From the NCBI GenBank assembly GCA_964247135.1, contig CAXTTL010000181.1, forward strand, positions 1 through 10,041: DNA of 10,041 nt, given 5' to 3'. The notes under the pieces are model-generated. The model made no database searches, was not told where the DNA came from, and was given only the letters and a program-made list of their open reading frames with translations. The position numbers were made by a program, and so were the translations under genes. This document shows, one piece after another, positions 7,624 through 10,041 of this stretch (its first letter is position 1; each line of letters starts with the position of its first letter). The DNA is from an uncultured Deinococcales bacterium (GTDB lineage: Bacteria; Deinococcota; Deinococci; Deinococcales; JAAFIG01).

Positions 7624-7632
7624 AGCGTACCA
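7624..7632 (-). promoter_or_regulatory. Candidate extended -10 element for the regulator-protease operon
   Basis: Minus strand TGGTACGCT (TGn-TAnnnT) ends 8 nt before ATG 7615. No SD lies in that gap. Confidence 0.4.
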
Positions 7633-7693
7633 GACCAACCTTAAAATCCTGGCAAACATCAACGCAACCACCTCCAAGACTGTTTATATGCTA

Positions 7694-7723
7694 AAGAAAT
7701 GGGTCTGAAAATGCCCTGAAAAT
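7694..7723. repeat. 11-bp-phased direct repeats (AAGAAAT / CTGAAAAT / CTGAAAAT) in the divergent intergenic region
   Basis: GAAA cores at 7696, 7707 and 7718. CTGAAAAT is exact at 7705-7712 and 7716-7723. Confidence 0.5.
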
Positions 7724-7877
7724 CTCGAGCGCCAGACTTGAATTCTCAGGAGCGCCAATGGGATTCTTGTAGGCGATTGCAAAAATGACCGCGCCAACCC
7801 CGTTGATTGCGTTACAATACTTTTTAGCACCAGGTTGAAGCATCAAAAGTCCAGCTCAAAACCCCAGGAGGTTCAGC

Positions 7878-8237
7878 ATGAAATTTCAAACCGTCTTACT
7901 CGCATCCGTCGCCGCCGTGTTTGTGGCTTGCGCCCCAAGTCCAGACCGTCCCAGCGTGCTCCCAGTCTTGATTAAACTCTCCGAACCAGCCGCCGTGGGG
8001 CAAAACCTGACCATTCAAGGTCGTTACCTTGGCGGACCCAGCAACTCAAGCGTCAACCTTGGGGCGGATGATTTGGGCAATGGCGGCGTGAAAAACTCGA
8101 GCGCCGATGTGGTGTCTTGGACTTCGACCGAAATTGTTTTGAAAATTCCAGTCGGGGCGCGTCCTGGCGGACATTTTGTTTTTGTTGAGGTGGGCGGCTT
8201 GCGTTCAAACTTCTTGCCATACAGCGTCAATCCTTAA
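7878..8237 (+). CDS. Small IPT/TIG-domain lipoprotein, 119 aa
   Basis: RBS AGGAGG, lipobox FVA-C, and IPT/TIG signature P-VL..LS...A..GQNLTIQGRYLG...VVSWTSTEIVLKIP...V-VGG-RSN. Confidence 0.88.
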   Translation: MKFQTVLLASVAAVFVACAPSPDRPSVLPVLIKLSEPAAVGQNLTIQGRYLGGPSNSSVNLGADDLGNGGVKNSSADVVSWTSTEIVLKIPVGARPGGHFVFVEVGGLRSNFLPYSVNP

Positions 8238-8242
8238 GCCAC

Positions 8243-8266
8243 CCTGATCTCAAACCTGATCTCAAA
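8243..8266. repeat. Exact 12-bp tandem direct repeat CCTGATCTCAAA x2
   Basis: Copies at 8243-8254 and 8255-8266, just after the stop at 8237. Confidence 0.75.
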
Positions 8267-8269
8267 ACC

Positions 8270-8313
8270 GCCGTTGAAAATCTCGAGCTTCAAAGATTTC
8301 AACGGCTTTTTTT
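8270..8313 (+). terminator. Rho-independent terminator downstream of the IPT/TIG lipoprotein gene
   Basis: GCCGTTGAAA(A)TCT pairs with AGATTTCAACGGC, followed by T7 (8307-8313). Confidence 0.75.
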
Positions 8314-8321
8314 GTGGCATG

Positions 8322-8350
8322 GTGACGCACCCAAAAAAAGCCGTTATGAT
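8322..8350 (+). promoter_or_regulatory. Candidate leaderless promoter of hisS-aspS
   Basis: GTGACG (8322-8327), 17 nt, TATGAT (8345-8350), 6 nt, then GTG start at 8357. No SD. Confidence 0.65.
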
Positions 8351-8356
8351 GCAGGC

Positions 8357-9625
8357 GTGAAGTATCAGACGATCAAAGGCACCAAAGATCGCCTTCCCAG
8401 CGATGCCCCAACCTGGCGTTTTATTTTGGAAACTGCCCGTGTGGTGCTCGAGCGTTTTGGCGCGGGCGAAATCCATACCCCAGTGTTTGAAGACACCGGC
8501 GTGTTTCACAAAGCTGTCGGCGAATCGAGCGACATTGTCCGCAAGGAAATGTACAATTTCTCCGACAAGGGCGACCGCCATTTAACATTGCGTCCAGAAG
8601 CCACCGCGCCGATGGTTCGCGCCTTTCTCGAGCATGGTTTCTCGAGCAAGCCCAGCCCGACCAAATTCTGGACTTTTGAACCGATGTTTCGCGCCGAGAA
8701 ACCGCAACGTGGGCGCGAGCGACAGTTTCACCAGTTGGGACTCGAGATCATTGGGTTGAGCGATGCGTTTGCGGATGCCGAATGTATCGATGCGGGTTGG
8801 AGCTTGATGACGGCGCTCGGCATTCAAAACTATCAAATTCACCTGGGCAGTGTGGGCGACCCCGAGGACAGGCTCGAGTTCAATGCGTACTTGCGAGAGA
8901 GGCTCTCCCCTGTTCTGGACCGGCTTTCCGAGGATTCCAAAGAGCGCCTCGAGTTAAACCCGATGCGGATTCTCGATTCCAAAAGTGCCGGCGACCAAAC
9001 GTTACTGAAAGAACTTGAGGTCAAACCGATGCTCGAGTTTCTGGGGGTTGCCGCGAAGGTGCATTTTGAGGAATTGCAACACCATTTGCGCGAGTGGAAG
9101 ATTCCATTTGTGGTGGACTCGAGCATCGTGCGCGGTTTGGATTATTACCGCCGCAGCGCCTTCGAATTCATTCACAACGCCGAGTCTATGCGCGGCTGCT
9201 CGACCATTTTGGCGGGCGGACGGTACGACGGGCTGGCGGAGATGCTGGGCGGTCAACACACTCCAGGCATCGGTTGGGGTAGCGGTGTGGAACGAATTGT
9301 GTTGGCGCTTGAGGCAGAAGGCATTCCAGTTTCCGAAGTGGTCAAGCCTCTAGCGTACATCGTGCCCCTCGAGGTTGAAGCCCTTTCAACCGCTGGCAAT
9401 GTGGCTCGAGTGGTGCGCAATGTTGGGCAAGTTTTAACCGCTTATAAAGTCAAAGGTGTTGGCAAATCGCTCGCCGATGCCGAAAAATTTGGCGCGAAGT
9501 TCGCGGTTTTAATTGGTCAAGCCGAAATCGCAAATCAAACCGTCAGCATCCGTGACATGCAAACTCGAGAGCAAGTCAGTGTTCCGATCCATGATCTTGA
9601 AACATGGTTTCTCGAGCGACGTTAA
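8357..9625 (+). CDS. hisS: Histidine--tRNA ligase
   Basis: KGTKD, TPVFE, VGESSDIVRKEMYNF, LRPEATA, motif 2 FRAEKPQRGRERQFHQ, HisA loop RGLDYY, HisB GGRYDGL, motif 3 GWGSGVERI, and a C-terminal anticodon-binding domain. Start re-assigned to GTG 8357. Confidence 0.98.
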   Translation: MKYQTIKGTKDRLPSDAPTWRFILETARVVLERFGAGEIHTPVFEDTGVFHKAVGESSDIVRKEMYNFSDKGDRHLTLRPEATAPMVRAFLEHGFSSKPSPTKFWTFEPMFRAEKPQRGRERQFHQLGLEIIGLSDAFADAECIDAGWSLMTALGIQNYQIHLGSVGDPEDRLEFNAYLRERLSPVLDRLSEDSKERLELNPMRILDSKSAGDQTLLKELEVKPMLEFLGVAAKVHFEELQHHLREWKIPFVVDSSIVRGLDYYRRSAFEFIHNAESMRGCSTILAGGRYDGLAEMLGGQHTPGIGWGSGVERIVLALEAEGIPVSEVVKPLAYIVPLEVEALSTAGNVARVVRNVGQVLTAYKVKGVGKSLADAEKFGAKFAVLIGQAEIANQTVSIRDMQTREQVSVPIHDLETWFLERR

Positions 9626-9655
9626 TCAATCCAAGCGCAAATCTTTGAGGAGTTT

Positions 9656-10041
9656 ATGAAACGCACCCATTATTGTAACGATCTAACCGCCAAAAACGCT
9701 GGTCAAACCGTGCTTCTTCAAGGTTGGGCGTCTCGAGTTCGGGACACCAAGGGCGCAAATTTTATTGTGCTGCGCGACCGAACTGGCATTGTTCAAGTCA
9801 CAGTCGAAGTCGATAACTCGAGTTACGGGGTTTCCACCGAGGTCCGTTCCGAATTTGTGCTCGAGGTTGAGGGATTGGTGCAATTGCGAGACGAGAACAA
9901 CCGAACCAGCCAGTACGCGACGGGTGAGATTGAAATTATTCCGACGCGGCTCGAGGTTCTTTCCACCGCCAAACCCGTACCGTTTCCTGTGGATGGCACG
10001 CCGCTCACGGCTTCTGAAGAAGTTCGCATGAAATACCGCTA
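9656..10041 (+). CDS. aspS: Aspartate--tRNA ligase, bacterial type, 5' part (runs off the window end; absent from the ORF track)
   Basis: RBS GAGGAG, ATG 9656. Hand translation: MKRTHYCNDLTAKNAGQTVLLQGWASRVRDTKGANFIVLRDRTGIVQV...VRSEFVLEVEGLV...ATGEIE...PFPV...SEEVRMKYR. It directly follows hisS. Confidence 0.96.
   Translation, partial: MKRTHYCNDLTAKNAGQTVLLQGWASRVRDTKGANFIVLRDRTGIVQVTVEVDNSSYGVSTEVRSEFVLEVEGLVQLRDENNRTSQYATGEIEIIPTRLEVLSTAKPVPFPVDGTPLTASEEVRMKYR

Larger units (their letters stand above)
50..9955. repeat. Dispersed highly iterated palindrome CTCGAG (about 70 copies)
   Basis: Manual line-by-line count gives about 70, first at 50-55 and last at 9950-9955. About 3 are expected from base composition. 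Confidence 0.93.

Noticed and set aside
6955-7644. 229-aa plus-strand Arg/Pro-rich ORF
   Set aside because: Shadow of the BTAD regulator in a GC-rich off-frame.
8312-8356. N-terminal extension of HisRS (track start 8312)
   Set aside because: It overlaps the terminator U-tract and promoter. HisRS homology begins at GTG 8357.
50-9955. CTCGAG sites as XhoI cloning scars or synthetic recoding
   Set aside because: The sites lie in all frames inside uninterrupted natural ORFs and do not coincide with junctions.
9683-10031. Short ORFs listed in the aspS region
   Set aside because: The real gene is aspS from 9656, running off the window. The listed ORFs are off-frame or antisense.
1-10041. CRISPR array, cas genes, tRNA or T-box leader
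   Set aside because: No regularly spaced 25-40-bp repeats, Cas motifs or cloverleaf were seen. CTCGAG copies are irregularly spaced 6-mers, and hisS appears leaderless. CAST status cannot be claimed from this window.

Overview
Bacterial chromosomal window, probably Deinococcota (inferred from the hisS-aspS pair, TANNNT boxes just upstream of start codons, and a BTAD-AAA-TPR regulator beside lipoprotein genes). Positions 1-~2252 hold one end of a Tn7-like/Tn5053-related transposon on the minus strand: an intact DDE transposase (TniA/TnsB) coupled to the 5' part of a TniB/TnsC-type ATPase, a candidate TGTCGTTTT terminus, and no tnsA-like gene upstream. Positions 2298-8237 form an accessory surface-protein locus: an orphan lipoprotein, a short and probably truncated lipoprotein, an IPT/TIG-subtilase (S8) lipoprotein coupled to a 962-aa wHTH-BTAD-AAA(STAND)-TPR regulator, and a divergent small IPT/TIG lipoprotein. 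Positions 8357-10041 contain hisS and the start of aspS. The strongest window-wide signal is the palindrome CTCGAG: about 70 copies by hand count (about 7 per kb, versus about 3 expected in total), in all reading frames, in intergenic DNA and inside the transposon, i.e. a HIP1-like highly iterated palindrome.
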